A program made the translations under genes and the position numbers. 64,000 bases of DNA from a virus. Positions 27,180-36,638 of this stretch are shown here, one piece after another. The stretch covers positions 32,001 through 96,000 of the IMG/VR virus record IMGVR_UViG_3300048672_000512; one strand, 5' to 3'. How positions within the stretch are numbered: position 1 is the stretch's first letter; each line of letters opens with the position of its first letter. The notes under the pieces are model-generated. The model worked only from the letters and a program-made list of their open reading frames with translations. It was not told the origin of the DNA and did no database searches.

Positions 27180-28195
27180 GTAACAAGATGGATGAAACTG
27201 GACTTGACGACGAAGAGGGTGCACTTAGCCGAAGATCCTACCTTGCCAAGGTCAAGGATATACGCGAGCAGATTACAGACAATCTGTCAACACCTCAGTA
27301 CTTGCAGATATACGAAGAGCTGATTGAAAATGCAATGCAACCAGTTCTAGTTTCCTGCAACTATTTTGATCTTTTTCTGCTACGCCTAGTGTCCTGGCAA
27401 GATGTTAACTTTCGACGCAAGGCCTCGTTTCTGAAACGCGCTGAGTTCCCTCGCTTAGCAATGACCTTTCTTCTGCAGCGAACTCCAGAAGAGAGACTGA
27501 CTGCATATCGAAACCTGCGCCTTGATCGCGGCGCTCGCATCGAATTCCTCAAGCTGTTTCTTCAGTACACAGCAGAGTACAAGAAAGCTTGCAACTGTGA
27601 ACTGGAGTTACCTGATGGCAGCTCCGCGATGTCGGTTCTGAGTCACTGCGCTTCTGTGAAGGCAGACATCGAAGTCAGGTTGAAAGCAACGCACCCGTTG
27701 ATTGCTGCTATTCGTGAAGTTGAATACTGGTTGGATAGCGCGCAACACTTCAAGCAGTTGCTCATGGAAAAGTATGTTCGCATGTGCATCAACACTGCAG
27801 AGAAGGATAGAACCCTTATCTTTGGTGAAACAGTAAAGCTCGATGACATTGTGCAGACATACCTGATGGCTGCGTCTAGAGCGATTGATAAGTGCGATCA
27901 CCGACAAGGAACGCTGACAACTCTCATTCAGAAGTGGATGCTTACCGCTCGTGAGGTAATAACCAAACAGAAGGACAGAACAGACAATGTAACCATAAGT
28001 GGCATAGACGAAGAGGAAGTTCAGTGGGCTGTTGTTCAGTCCTATGAACAGACTGTGCTTGACCAAAACGACGAAGACGAGAAGCTTCTCGTTTTGTGTG
28101 AAGTAGCTAAGCTGGTAGATCCCACTGGAGCTGCTAGAGAGATCCTTGGCATACCGGAATTTTTAACTGAGCGCGAGCTAAAGCGCCTTTCCTGA
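27176..28195 (+). CDS. sigma70-like transcription factor (region 2 recognisable)
   Basis: LDDIVQTYLMAASRAIDKCDHRQGTLTTLIQKWM aligns to the sigma region 2 consensus DLiQ.g..gL.rAvekFD..rG..fsTYa.wWI. Confidence 0.6.
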   Translation: MSNKMDETGLDDEEGALSRRSYLAKVKDIREQITDNLSTPQYLQIYEELIENAMQPVLVSCNYFDLFLLRLVSWQDVNFRRKASFLKRAEFPRLAMTFLLQRTPEERLTAYRNLRLDRGARIEFLKLFLQYTAEYKKACNCELELPDGSSAMSVLSHCASVKADIEVRLKATHPLIAAIREVEYWLDSAQHFKQLLMEKYVRMCINTAEKDRTLIFGETVKLDDIVQTYLMAASRAIDKCDHRQGTLTTLIQKWMLTAREVITKQKDRTDNVTISGIDEEEVQWAVVQSYEQTVLDQNDEDEKLLVLCEVAKLVDPTGAAREILGIPEFLTERELKRLS

Positions 28196-28206
28196 AAGGA
28201 ACCACA

Positions 28207-28962
28207 GTGAACGATACTTTTACTCAACACATCATTGACGTCTGCCATACGCAGGACACTGTCAACCGCAAGTCTCTTGGTGACGACTGGAAGTACCAAG
28301 GTTACAAGCAAGAAGACGTTGACTACGCCTTTGCTGCGATTGATGAAATCAGCGAGTTCTGGCGTAGCGCTCTTCACTACAAGTGGTGGGCTAAGGCAAA
28401 AGAGCAGGACATCGACAATGCTATTACCGAGCTGGTTGACATTCTGCACTTTGGAGTCTCGCAAGACCTCATTCATCAGCACTACTTCCTTGGTGTAAAA
28501 GACGACGCCAAAGCCTATCAACTTATTGCGAAAGACGCAGTAAGGTCTGCAGACCGAGCCAGAGCTAACTTTGATTACACCTGTAAGAGCGGTACTGACA
28601 CTCAAATCGCAATGCGCCGCGCTACAAAAGAACTACTTGCGGGCTTCACGGCTGCGTGTATTGAAGACCACGATGTGTTTATGTGGGATGACTTCTGGGA
28701 ACTTACCTACCTGATTGGCGCGACACCAGAGCTTATCGTGTCACGCTACAAGGCTAAAGCACAGCTCAACCTGTTCCGTCAAGCTAACGGCTACAAGGAT
28801 GGTACTTACAAGAAGTATTGGAAAGACGGGCGCGAGGACAATGCCTTCCTTTCTGACTATCTGAAAACCCTTCAAGCCTACCCTGGTGACGAAGAGATTC
28901 AAAAGTGGCTGACTGCAAACTATCTCCTGTGCACTGCACCGACTGTCACGGCTCAAGCTTGA
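28207..28962 (+). CDS. dut: dimeric (all-alpha) dUTPase
   Basis: E..E..., YKWW, ELVDILHF, K..LN.FRQ.NGYK.G.Y.K.W..G.EDN. Confidence 0.85.
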   Translation: MNDTFTQHIIDVCHTQDTVNRKSLGDDWKYQGYKQEDVDYAFAAIDEISEFWRSALHYKWWAKAKEQDIDNAITELVDILHFGVSQDLIHQHYFLGVKDDAKAYQLIAKDAVRSADRARANFDYTCKSGTDTQIAMRRATKELLAGFTAACIEDHDVFMWDDFWELTYLIGATPELIVSRYKAKAQLNLFRQANGYKDGTYKKYWKDGREDNAFLSDYLKTLQAYPGDEEIQKWLTANYLLCTAPTVTAQA

Positions 28963-29008
28963 GACTTCAACTTTCCAACAACTGCAAGTAAAGCAAAAGG
29001 ACTACATC

Positions 29009-29602
29009 ATGGCTGTTCACCTCTATCCGGCTACCGACGTCAACGCTATCGGCGTTATCGAGCAACTCGAAGACGCAGATGCTACTTCTGTTGAAGTTCG
29101 CGTTATTCATTATCGATTCTACGGCAAGAGCACGGCGCTGTACGCTAACCAGCTGCCGGAGTCCAAGGGCGGCTACACTATTGCCTACACAATCGATTCC
29201 GTCTACCACAAGTCTTGCTCGATCACGTTTGCAATTGCAGCCTGCTCTGCTGAAGATAACTTCGTCAAGGCAACTGGCACGCAGCTTGCTACAAAGCGCC
29301 TGCTTGAAGACGGCCCTCTGTATGAAACTGACCTGAGCGTTGGTTCTGACGCTATCGTGATCATGGTGGACTACGATGCGGAAACAGGAAAACCGAAGAA
29401 CGCTTGGTACGAATTTTCCAACTCTTCTTTGCTGCGGCGCTCTATCGCTGAACACTGCATTGAAGTTGCAGAATACATGAGGAACACTGGCTCATTGCTT
29501 GCAATGGAGCCTGATGACGATGGAGAAGAATACGACGAGGAAGATGGAGTTGCTGATGAAAGCAGCGAAGAAGTAGTCGCTGACGAAGAAACTGTGAAGT
29601 AA
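29009..29602 (+). CDS. hypothetical protein with acidic tail
   Basis: AAGGA RBS; 197 aa. Confidence 0.6.
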   Translation: MAVHLYPATDVNAIGVIEQLEDADATSVEVRVIHYRFYGKSTALYANQLPESKGGYTIAYTIDSVYHKSCSITFAIAACSAEDNFVKATGTQLATKRLLEDGPLYETDLSVGSDAIVIMVDYDAETGKPKNAWYEFSNSSLLRRSIAEHCIEVAEYMRNTGSLLAMEPDDDGEEYDEEDGVADESSEEVVADEETVK

Positions 29603-29653
29603 GTTTGTAGCATACAAGCTGCATGCAGATAATCTCAAACTAAGGAATACATA

Positions 29654-31030
29654 ATGGCAAAAGGCCGCGATATTGACGACGTTGAAGTCGGTGGTGGTAA
29701 GGGCAAGCGGGTCAAGCCGGAAGAGCTGGTAGACATTGTAAAGCTTCCGCCAAAGAGGTACATGACGTTGCGACTTATCGGTCAAGCATTCTTGTACGGC
29801 GGTCACTGGATCAAGACAAAGACGCGTGAGGGAAAGCCTACGCAGTTCTATACACCTTGCCTTGCATTCGATAGTGAAACTGGCAAGCATGATTCCACCA
29901 AAAAGTGCCCCTGGTGTGACCACGAGGGAGAAGAAGTTCGGTTTGCTGTAGACACTTGGACAAATGCAATCGTCCGTGACCTGCAAAAGAAGAAGCCTGC
30001 TGAAGTCGAAGAACCCTCTGAAGAAGAACTCGAAAGTGGTTTCAAGTCAAAGGATTCTGAGACTTGGACTCCGGTTCTCGCCTTCCGAATGGGAACATCG
30101 GTTGTTCGTTCAGTGAAAGAACTTCGTGAGCTGAACACTGTTGATACGGATGAAGGAACAAAAACCTTTGGCATGACTCACCCCAAATACGGGTGCGATA
30201 TTCAAGTCAAACACAATCCAGACGTTGCACCTGCACAGCAATATACAGTTCATAAGGGCGGTGAACCGACACCGCTCAAGCGGTCGGAGCGTGGTTACCT
30301 TATCTGGGATCTGTCTAACCTGCAGCCGGATATGGGAACCTACGAATCAGAACTGAAGGAATACACGCGTTGGGCTGAAAAGATGGGCCTGGCAGTTCCA
30401 AAGAAAAAGTCAAAGTCTGTGCCGGATGACGACGGCAGCACAGGAATGGACGACGATGACGAGGACGAAATGCCGCGCAAGAAAACCGCACCGGCAAAGA
30501 AGTCCCGCACAAGTCCACCGCCTGAAGATGATGACGAGGACGAAATGCCGCGCAAGAAAACCGCACCGGCAAAGAAGTCCCGCACAAGTCCACCGCCTGA
30601 AGATGATGACGATGACGAACCTGTCGTCAAACCAAAGCGCAAAGCTGCGCCTCCCCCTGATGACGATGATGACGATGATGAGCCGGTTGTTAGGAAAAAG
30701 TCTGCAGCCAGCAAACGCGTAGTTGAAGACGATGATGATGACGAGGATGAACCCGTTGTCAAGAAAAAGCCTGCAGCTAAAAAGTCTCGTTTCGAGGATG
30801 ACGAAGACGAAGATGAACCTGCAGTGAAACCGAAGCGAAAAGCGGCACCACCCCCTGATGACGATGACGAAGATGAAGAACCCGTTGTCAAGAAAAAACC
30901 AGCTGCCAAGAAACGCGTCGTTGAAGATGATGACGAAGACGAGGATGAACCTGCAGCACCTCGCAAAAAGGCAGCAGCAAAACCGGCAGCTAAGAAGTCT
31001 CGTTTCGATGACGATGACGACGAAGACTGA
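29654..31030 (+). CDS. single-stranded DNA-binding protein (gp32-like) with long charged tail
   Basis: OB-like N-domain with H..C...CPWC; acidic C-terminus; lies upstream of recA. Confidence 0.65.
   Translation: MAKGRDIDDVEVGGGKGKRVKPEELVDIVKLPPKRYMTLRLIGQAFLYGGHWIKTKTREGKPTQFYTPCLAFDSETGKHDSTKKCPWCDHEGEEVRFAVDTWTNAIVRDLQKKKPAEVEEPSEEELESGFKSKDSETWTPVLAFRMGTSVVRSVKELRELNTVDTDEGTKTFGMTHPKYGCDIQVKHNPDVAPAQQYTVHKGGEPTPLKRSERGYLIWDLSNLQPDMGTYESELKEYTRWAEKMGLAVPKKKSKSVPDDDGSTGMDDDDEDEMPRKKTAPAKKSRTSPPPEDDDEDEMPRKKTAPAKKSRTSPPPEDDDDDEPVVKPKRKAAPPPDDDDDDDEPVVRKKSAASKRVVEDDDDDEDEPVVKKKPAAKKSRFEDDEDEDEPAVKPKRKAAPPPDDDDEDEEPVVKKKPAAKKRVVEDDDEDEDEPAAPRKKAAAKPAAKKSRFDDDDDED
30455..30612 (+). repeat. 75-bp tandem repeat (~2.1 copies, coding)
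   Basis: GATGACGAGGACGAAATGCCG...CCTGAAGAT repeated with period 75 (DDEDEMPRKKTAPAKKSRTSPPPED). Confidence 0.9.
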
Positions 31031-31054
31031 CCTCTAAAAGTGAGTTGACAAACT

Positions 31055-31089
31055 AGGTCCGATTCGGTGTTTCTGGATCGGACCTTTTT
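31055..31089 (+). terminator. rho-independent terminator
   Basis: AGGTCCGAT...ATCGGACCT plus TTTT. Confidence 0.8.
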
Positions 31090-31119
31090 ACCTTGTGGTT
31101 GCACAAATAAGGAAGTTCA

Positions 31120-32541
31120 ATGGCTACAAAGAAACCTAAAGCTGCTACGCAGAGTCGTTCTCCTGTTGACATGCTAGCAATTGTTTCTGACCTGGAGAAG
31201 GTTGTAAAGATTCAAAGCATTACGCTAGGTGCGGAAGACCGAGTGTCTACTGGGCTACTATGCCTTGACGTCATTCTTGGCGGCGGCATAACTGCTGGAT
31301 GGTACACGTTCTCAGGTGCTGAGCAGTCTGCAAAGACAACTACCGCTATCACAGCAATGGCTTCTGCTGTTAAGCAGAACGTCAGTATGCCTGTTCTTTG
31401 GGACGCAGAGCAGAGTAGCGGTTCTTCGATTGACTACGTCAGCAACATCATGCAATCGTGTGGTGTAAACAAGTCCATTGAAGAGCTGTTCGGTGTTCGT
31501 AAGAATGGCAAGTATGTAACTGTGCCCCTGGTTTATTATCGAGACGAAGGCGAGCTTGAAACATTCTTTGACTGGACCTCTGCGCTACTTCGTCGTTTGC
31601 CAGACAAGCGACTTGAAAACGGGCAGTGGTGGTACATCTACGAAGACACAAAAGAAAATCGAGCAAAGTACAAGGAAGTTCTTGACGCTGGAATGACGCG
31701 TGCCTCAAACGGAATCTACATTCCAGCTGAAGACGGCAGCCTTCAAGCCTACATTCTGATTGATAGCTATCCGTCGCTAGTTCCAAAGGCGATGGACGAC
31801 GATGATCCTTCTGCCGGCATGGCGCTTGCAGCTCGTGAATTTGCAAAGCATATTCCACGTGTAAAAGGCAAGCTGCGCTCAAAGCGCGTTGCAATCGTAG
31901 GTATCAATCAGATTCGTGAAAAGCCGGGTTTCAACATGGGAGATCCTCGCTACGAACCTGGTGGCCAAGCGCTACGTTTCAACTCGGATGTGCGCGTATG
32001 GAACACACCTCGCGCACTGTCGGGTGTTCCTTACAACCCGAAAGGTAAAGGTAGCTACGAAGAGGAAGACTCGGTTGAATTTGATGGTGGCAAGGATACC
32101 TATCGATACATCAACTCTAAGGCTATCAAGAACAAGTTGAGCATTCCTAATCGAGACACGTGGTTGCGTATCTGGGTCAAGGATGGTGACGAAAAGGCAC
32201 GCGGCTTCTGCCCGGTTTTTGACGTCTTTCACTACCTGATGCAGACTGGTCAAGCCTCCGGCAAACGCAGTTCTATCACCTTGAATGTTAGTGGCATCGG
32301 ACCTGCTAAGAAAGCTATCAACTGGATGGAGTTCAAGACTCTGGTTCTGTGCGACAAGGAGGGTAGGCAAGACGTATTCGACAAGATTGGATATCCGAAT
32401 GTGAATCTTCGCAACGGCTTGTTCAAGCAGTTCAAGTCAGGTCTGGCAGAAGATCTGTACATTGCTAACCTGCGCGGTCCTGTGAAGGTTAGCAAGGATT
32501 CGGAAGCTGAAGACGACTCTGACGATGGAGACGACGAATGA
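31120..32541 (+). CDS. recA: RecA/UvsX-like recombinase
   Basis: STG.L.LD.ILGGG, GAEQSAKTT, LIDS, INQIREKPG...GD..YEPGG.AL.F.SDVR. Confidence 0.88.
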   Translation: MATKKPKAATQSRSPVDMLAIVSDLEKVVKIQSITLGAEDRVSTGLLCLDVILGGGITAGWYTFSGAEQSAKTTTAITAMASAVKQNVSMPVLWDAEQSSGSSIDYVSNIMQSCGVNKSIEELFGVRKNGKYVTVPLVYYRDEGELETFFDWTSALLRRLPDKRLENGQWWYIYEDTKENRAKYKEVLDAGMTRASNGIYIPAEDGSLQAYILIDSYPSLVPKAMDDDDPSAGMALAAREFAKHIPRVKGKLRSKRVAIVGINQIREKPGFNMGDPRYEPGGQALRFNSDVRVWNTPRALSGVPYNPKGKGSYEEEDSVEFDGGKDTYRYINSKAIKNKLSIPNRDTWLRIWVKDGDEKARGFCPVFDVFHYLMQTGQASGKRSSITLNVSGIGPAKKAINWMEFKTLVLCDKEGRQDVFDKIGYPNVNLRNGLFKQFKSGLAEDLYIANLRGPVKVSKDSEAEDDSDDGDDE

Positions 32542-32798
32542 CTATCCATCTTCTACTAGCAATTCCCATTCTAATCTTGCTTGCCCTAGTTCTAGCCTTT
32601 GTAGTCTACTACATAGGAATGGCTTTGCAGTCTCTTCGTGGGGACGAAACAGTAGTGATTGCAGATTGTTCTATCGAAGGTCACGATTGGAGCCCCGATT
32701 ACTTAAACACAAAGGGGTCGGATGGTAAGGCAGCATGCAGAATTCTTGAGTCCTACTGCCTGCGGTGCGGCGCTAGGCAACAAGGAAGTGGGCAATGA
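32538..32798 (+). CDS. small membrane-anchored Cys/His protein
   Basis: N-terminal TM helix; C...GHDW...C..CG. Confidence 0.55.
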   Translation: MTIHLLLAIPILILLALVLAFVVYYIGMALQSLRGDETVVIADCSIEGHDWSPDYLNTKGSDGKAACRILESYCLRCGARQQGSGQ

Positions 32799-33022
32799 CA
32801 GAAACAGAAGCTATGCTGCAGCGTGCTCGTGAGTCGGTACGCATTGCACTGAAAGCCTTCAAGGAAGGGCAGGAGGCATTTGACAACTACGTTCAAGGCA
32901 CCATATTGGACTTGAATCCACCATACGCAGAAGAAACTACTGAGTGTGAAGCTTGGTGGGACGGCGTTGATTCTGCAAATAAAAAGTTTGCAGCCGACCT
33001 TGGTTACGATATTGACGAGTGA
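32795..33022 (+). CDS. Rmf/CrpP-like small protein
   Basis: AF.EG..AF...NPPY......W..G pattern. Confidence 0.4.
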   Translation: MTETEAMLQRARESVRIALKAFKEGQEAFDNYVQGTILDLNPPYAEETTECEAWWDGVDSANKKFAADLGYDIDE

Positions 33023-33089
33023 ACCGTAGTGGACAAAGCTATTTCATTTACGCAAGACGCGGATACAAAAGACGTGATGGAGCTGCAGC

Positions 33090-33497
33090 ATGGCTGACAA
33101 TAAACTGCTAACTTGGACTGACGAACTAGCTCCAACTGAAACCTGCAGATACAACCACTGCGTATCGCAAACTCCGTTTGGAAGGTTCCTAATTACATGG
33201 AAAGTGTGGAAAGACTATCCGGCGCCTACGGTTGACGAAACTCCGTGGGGTGGCTGGTTTTGAGCATTTGATACCATAGCAGAAGCAAAGGATGCATGTG
33301 AAGCTGAGTTTGTAAAACGCATTCAAGACTGCGGTAACACAGTTATTCAAGAAGCCGTAAAGCTAGAGCGTCAGCGTTGCGTCGCCGCTGTAGAAAACTA
33401 CAAAATTACTGTTGGGGTTCTACCTGAAGGTGAAAAGGTAGCTGTGGGTGTCATGGAAGCCCTTACCGAAGTGCGCTACGCTATTCGTAATCCGTGA
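33090..33497 (+). pseudogene. 135-codon frame interrupted by one in-frame TGA (33261-33263)
   Basis: MADNKLLTW...PWGGWF*AFDTIAEAKDACEAEF...RNP reads as continuous protein-like sequence; no restart codon near the TGA. Confidence 0.6.
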
Positions 33498-33502
33498 TTG
33501 AA

Positions 33503-33670
33503 ATGAAAAACCAGATTACAGCCTACGACCAAGGCTATAAAGCAGGTCAATCAAGCATGCATTCTCGCAATCCTTACCGTCCTGGAACAACAGACTACGA
33601 AATGTGGGAAGAAGGTTTTGTTGACGGTCAGGATTACGTTGAAGAAGAGCAACGCAACTCGGAGTACTGA
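33503..33670 (+). CDS. 55-aa Rmf/CrpP-like protein (not in track)
   Basis: AYDQGYKAG...NPY......WEEGF resembles the RMF pattern A...GY.AG...CPY...W..GW. Confidence 0.55.
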   Translation: MKNQITAYDQGYKAGQSSMHSRNPYRPGTTDYEMWEEGFVDGQDYVEEEQRNSEY

Positions 33671-33671
33671 C

Positions 33672-33878
33672 ATGCACCAAAAAGCAGTAGACTGGGACGC
33701 AGAGCGCGGATTCGACAACAGGTGGGAGGGGTCAGGTCCTAGGTGGCACGATGCGCTACCTTTTCCTGAAAATCGCCCCTGTGACTTTTGCGGAAAACCC
33801 GTGGACGTAGGCTTCATTCATGATGAATGTAGTAAGAAAGAAACGGACCTATGGATAGACCTTGGCGTTTTCTTCTGA
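33672..33878 (+). CDS. hypothetical protein with CxxC...HxxC
   Basis: ATG 33672 after upstream stop; CDFCG...HDEC. Confidence 0.5.
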   Translation: MHQKAVDWDAERGFDNRWEGSGPRWHDALPFPENRPCDFCGKPVDVGFIHDECSKKETDLWIDLGVFF

Positions 33879-34414
33879 CCTTCCTGTTGCTGGTAACTTC
33901 ACTCTGTAGGGCTTCGGCCCTTACGGACGAAGTTACCTTGCTTCGTTCATTATCGATAGAAGCAAGAGCTGATCGCGTTCAAGCCCGCCTTGGATCAATG
34001 TACTTTCGTCAGGGTCGCATCGGTGAATACTGGCAGTCTCCTGACACTACCATTGAAACTCAGATAGGTGCCTGTGCAGACTTTGCTGTCTTGTCCTTCT
34101 TCCTGTTGAAACACTCTGGTGTTGAAGACTCTGACTTGAGGTTGGTTTACGTGCAGACGAGTAGTCAGGAAAGGCATCTTGTTCTTGTTGTGAGAGCTGC
34201 AGGAAAGAGCCTTGTGGTGGACTCTGCTAGCTTTTCAAGTCGCGCTACGCTGCTGGAAGAACGAACAGACTTGCAGCCGCTTCTTGCTTTTAACTCCTAC
34301 TATGTGTACTCAAGGTACGACCTGGACGTGCCGGTAGCTGGTTACTATGCTAGAAGCATTCGCCAATGGAACTCTGTCTTGACACGTGAAGAGTTCAAAG
34401 AAAGACACCAATGA
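33851..34414 (+). CDS. transglutaminase-like cysteine peptidase (BTLCP/LapG-like), secreted
   Basis: Signal peptide; YWQSP..T....GACADFA..., G....LRL..V, HLVLVV, LVVDS (Cys-His-Asp triad). Confidence 0.7.
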   Translation: MDRPWRFLLTFLLLVTSLCRASALTDEVTLLRSLSIEARADRVQARLGSMYFRQGRIGEYWQSPDTTIETQIGACADFAVLSFFLLKHSGVEDSDLRLVYVQTSSQERHLVLVVRAAGKSLVVDSASFSSRATLLEERTDLQPLLAFNSYYVYSRYDLDVPVAGYYARSIRQWNSVLTREEFKERHQ

Positions 34415-34463
34415 TACTGAGCAGGCACACTGGCTCTACTAAAGTTAAATCAAGGATACACAC

Positions 34464-35495
34464 ATGATTGAGTTCATAGGTATTGGTGACCTGCACCTTG
34501 ACGGAAAGTTGAAGAAGTACATTCCAGATTTCAATGCTTTCGTTCTTGGCGAAATTGCAAAGCCCGTAGCTTACGCAAAGCGTAACGGTGTCAAGAATGT
34601 TATCTTCTACGGCGACATCAGTGATGTGCCTCGTCTTTCCGCTGACGCAACGCTGAAGCTACTTGATCTGTTTCTGGAGAACCCAGATATTCAGTTCTAT
34701 ATGTACCCTGGCAACCATGATTACGAATGCGAGGGTGTGCACAGCCTTCAGGTTCTAGCAAAACTATCTGACACGGAAAGCATTCCGAATCTGCACGTCA
34801 TAGAAGAACCTACAGACCTGTTTACAGACGAAGGTTGCCCTGTACGAATTCTACCCTGGCCTCACTTTCAGGTAAGCAAGAAAGCCTTGAACCTTGCTCA
34901 CATCGAGGTTCACGGCGCACAATGGGACCATGGCTCCAGTGTTTCAAGTGAGAGAAACACGCAATGTCACTTGATATCCGGACACCTACATACCAAGCAG
35001 GTTGTAGGACCGAAGAAGAACGTGCACTACTGTGGAACGTTGTATCAAACAAGCTTCGGTGAACGAGAAGAGAAGTACTTCCATCACGTAAAGTGGAATG
35101 GCAAGATCGCCGACATCACGTACGTCAGAACAAAGCCTAAGTACACTTTGCACAATCTTGTCATAAGCTCTGTAGTAGACCTGGAAAAGATTGACAAAAA
35201 CCCATGTTGCTTGTACAAGGTTTTTGTGAAGTCAGGTACAGACTTAGGTCCGGAGTCGCTAGCTGCGTATCCGAATGTGGTGAAGACAAACCCGTTCTCC
35301 TCACGCAAGGAACTGGAGAGCCTATTAGCAGACGAACTGTTTCTGCCAGATGGTGACGGAGAAGTAACTTCGCTTTCCGTGTTGGAAGCTCTGAAGAGCT
35401 ACATGGTGCGAGCTAACGCAGACAAGAAGGTAACAGCACGCGCCATTGAACTGTTTGAAGAACTGTCGCGCAAGTCGATAGGAACTGACAAGTAA
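34464..35495 (+). CDS. Mre11/SbcD (gp47-like) nuclease
   Basis: GDLHL, GD..D, GNHD, HIE, GHLH. Confidence 0.85.
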   Translation: MIEFIGIGDLHLDGKLKKYIPDFNAFVLGEIAKPVAYAKRNGVKNVIFYGDISDVPRLSADATLKLLDLFLENPDIQFYMYPGNHDYECEGVHSLQVLAKLSDTESIPNLHVIEEPTDLFTDEGCPVRILPWPHFQVSKKALNLAHIEVHGAQWDHGSSVSSERNTQCHLISGHLHTKQVVGPKKNVHYCGTLYQTSFGEREEKYFHHVKWNGKIADITYVRTKPKYTLHNLVISSVVDLEKIDKNPCCLYKVFVKSGTDLGPESLAAYPNVVKTNPFSSRKELESLLADELFLPDGDGEVTSLSVLEALKSYMVRANADKKVTARAIELFEELSRKSIGTDK

Positions 35496-35516
35496 CTCAA
35501 TCGAAAGGACCAACCC

Positions 35517-36638
35517 ATGAGCACAAATGAAAAGAGCGGACTGCACAACAAGTACCGCCCGTCTACGCTAGCTGAAATCATTGGACATGAAGCCGCAGTT
35601 TCCAAGCTTCGAGGTTTCATCAAGTCAGAGAAGTACCCATCTGCTGTTCTGCTGACTGGACCTACGTCTGTTGGCAAGACTACGCTAGCGCGTGCGTTTG
35701 CTACGGAGTCTCTTGGTGTTTCGGCAACAAGCACTCCGGATTACTATGAACTGAACATGGGAGACTCCCGTTCAATAGAAGACATTCGCTCTTTGATTCA
35801 GATGGTTCGTCTGAAGCCACAAGGCGGCAAGCGTCGCTTTGTTATGCTGGATGAATTTCATCAGCTTCTGTCAAATGCACCCGCCGCTAACGCTTTTCTG
35901 AAGGTTGTAGAAGAACCTCCTAGTCACGTTACTTTTCTGCTTGCTTCAATGGAGTCTGAAAAGTTCGGTAGCTCGCAGTTAGGAAAGGCCTTTATCAATC
36001 GAGCAATTCCGCTGCAGTTGACACCACCAAGCGATGAACAGTTGACCAAGCAGGCAAAACGTATCATCAAGGGTGAAGGCATGCAAGAGATTCTGGATCC
36101 AGAATCGCTGCCAAGTATCGTATCCGCCGCGCATAGTTCAATGCGTGAACTTGCAAACGTTCTTGAGTCTCTGCAGGCATTCCACGCAGGACTGTCAAGG
36201 TCTAGGGTTCTTACCGCTGAAGATGTCACGGAAGCACTTACTCTCAACATCAGCTCTGACGAGATTAGCGCCGTGAAATTCATGGTAGCTATCTGGGCGG
36301 GTAAGATAGGTGGCGCGCAACGAGCCCTTCTTGAACTCAAAGACGGTGTTGCATTCACCAACGCAGCTAGCTATGTTTCATGGTACGTTTTCAACAACTA
36401 CCTGTTGAAGGGCGCTAGGCATCCTGCGGTGTGGGGCAACGCAGCGCGTACCTCTGCTGCTAAGCAATTTGAGGCGCTGAACTACGAAAGAGGCGTAGCC
36501 CTTGAGATCCTTGCAGAAGTAAACGCAAGCATCGTTGAACTTAGAATGCAAGCAGGCGCCTTTGCTGTTAACGAGCAACTGGCGCTTTCTGCGTTTGCAG
36601 TGCGCGCTATCAGCAAAGTCAACGGCATCAAAGCATGA
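35517..36638 (+). CDS. clamp-loader AAA+ ATPase (DnaX/RFC-like)
   Basis: KYRP.TL.EIIGHE, GPTSVGKTT, LDEFH, KVVEEPP. Confidence 0.85.
   Translation: MSTNEKSGLHNKYRPSTLAEIIGHEAAVSKLRGFIKSEKYPSAVLLTGPTSVGKTTLARAFATESLGVSATSTPDYYELNMGDSRSIEDIRSLIQMVRLKPQGGKRRFVMLDEFHQLLSNAPAANAFLKVVEEPPSHVTFLLASMESEKFGSSQLGKAFINRAIPLQLTPPSDEQLTKQAKRIIKGEGMQEILDPESLPSIVSAAHSSMRELANVLESLQAFHAGLSRSRVLTAEDVTEALTLNISSDEISAVKFMVAIWAGKIGGAQRALLELKDGVAFTNAASYVSWYVFNNYLLKGARHPAVWGNAARTSAAKQFEALNYERGVALEILAEVNASIVELRMQAGAFAVNEQLALSAFAVRAISKVNGIKA

Noticed and set aside
30455-30612. CRISPR-like array
   Set aside because: These are contiguous 75-bp coding repeats with no spacers. No repeat-spacer array is seen anywhere in the window, and the Cas4-like gene stands alone.
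30340-31104. 254-aa Ser-rich minus-strand ORF
   Set aside because: It is the antisense shadow of the GAT/GAC-rich SSB tail. The same applies to most short antisense ORFs in the track.
33261-33263. Selenocysteine codon
   Set aside because: No redox motif context and no evident SECIS hairpin directly downstream.
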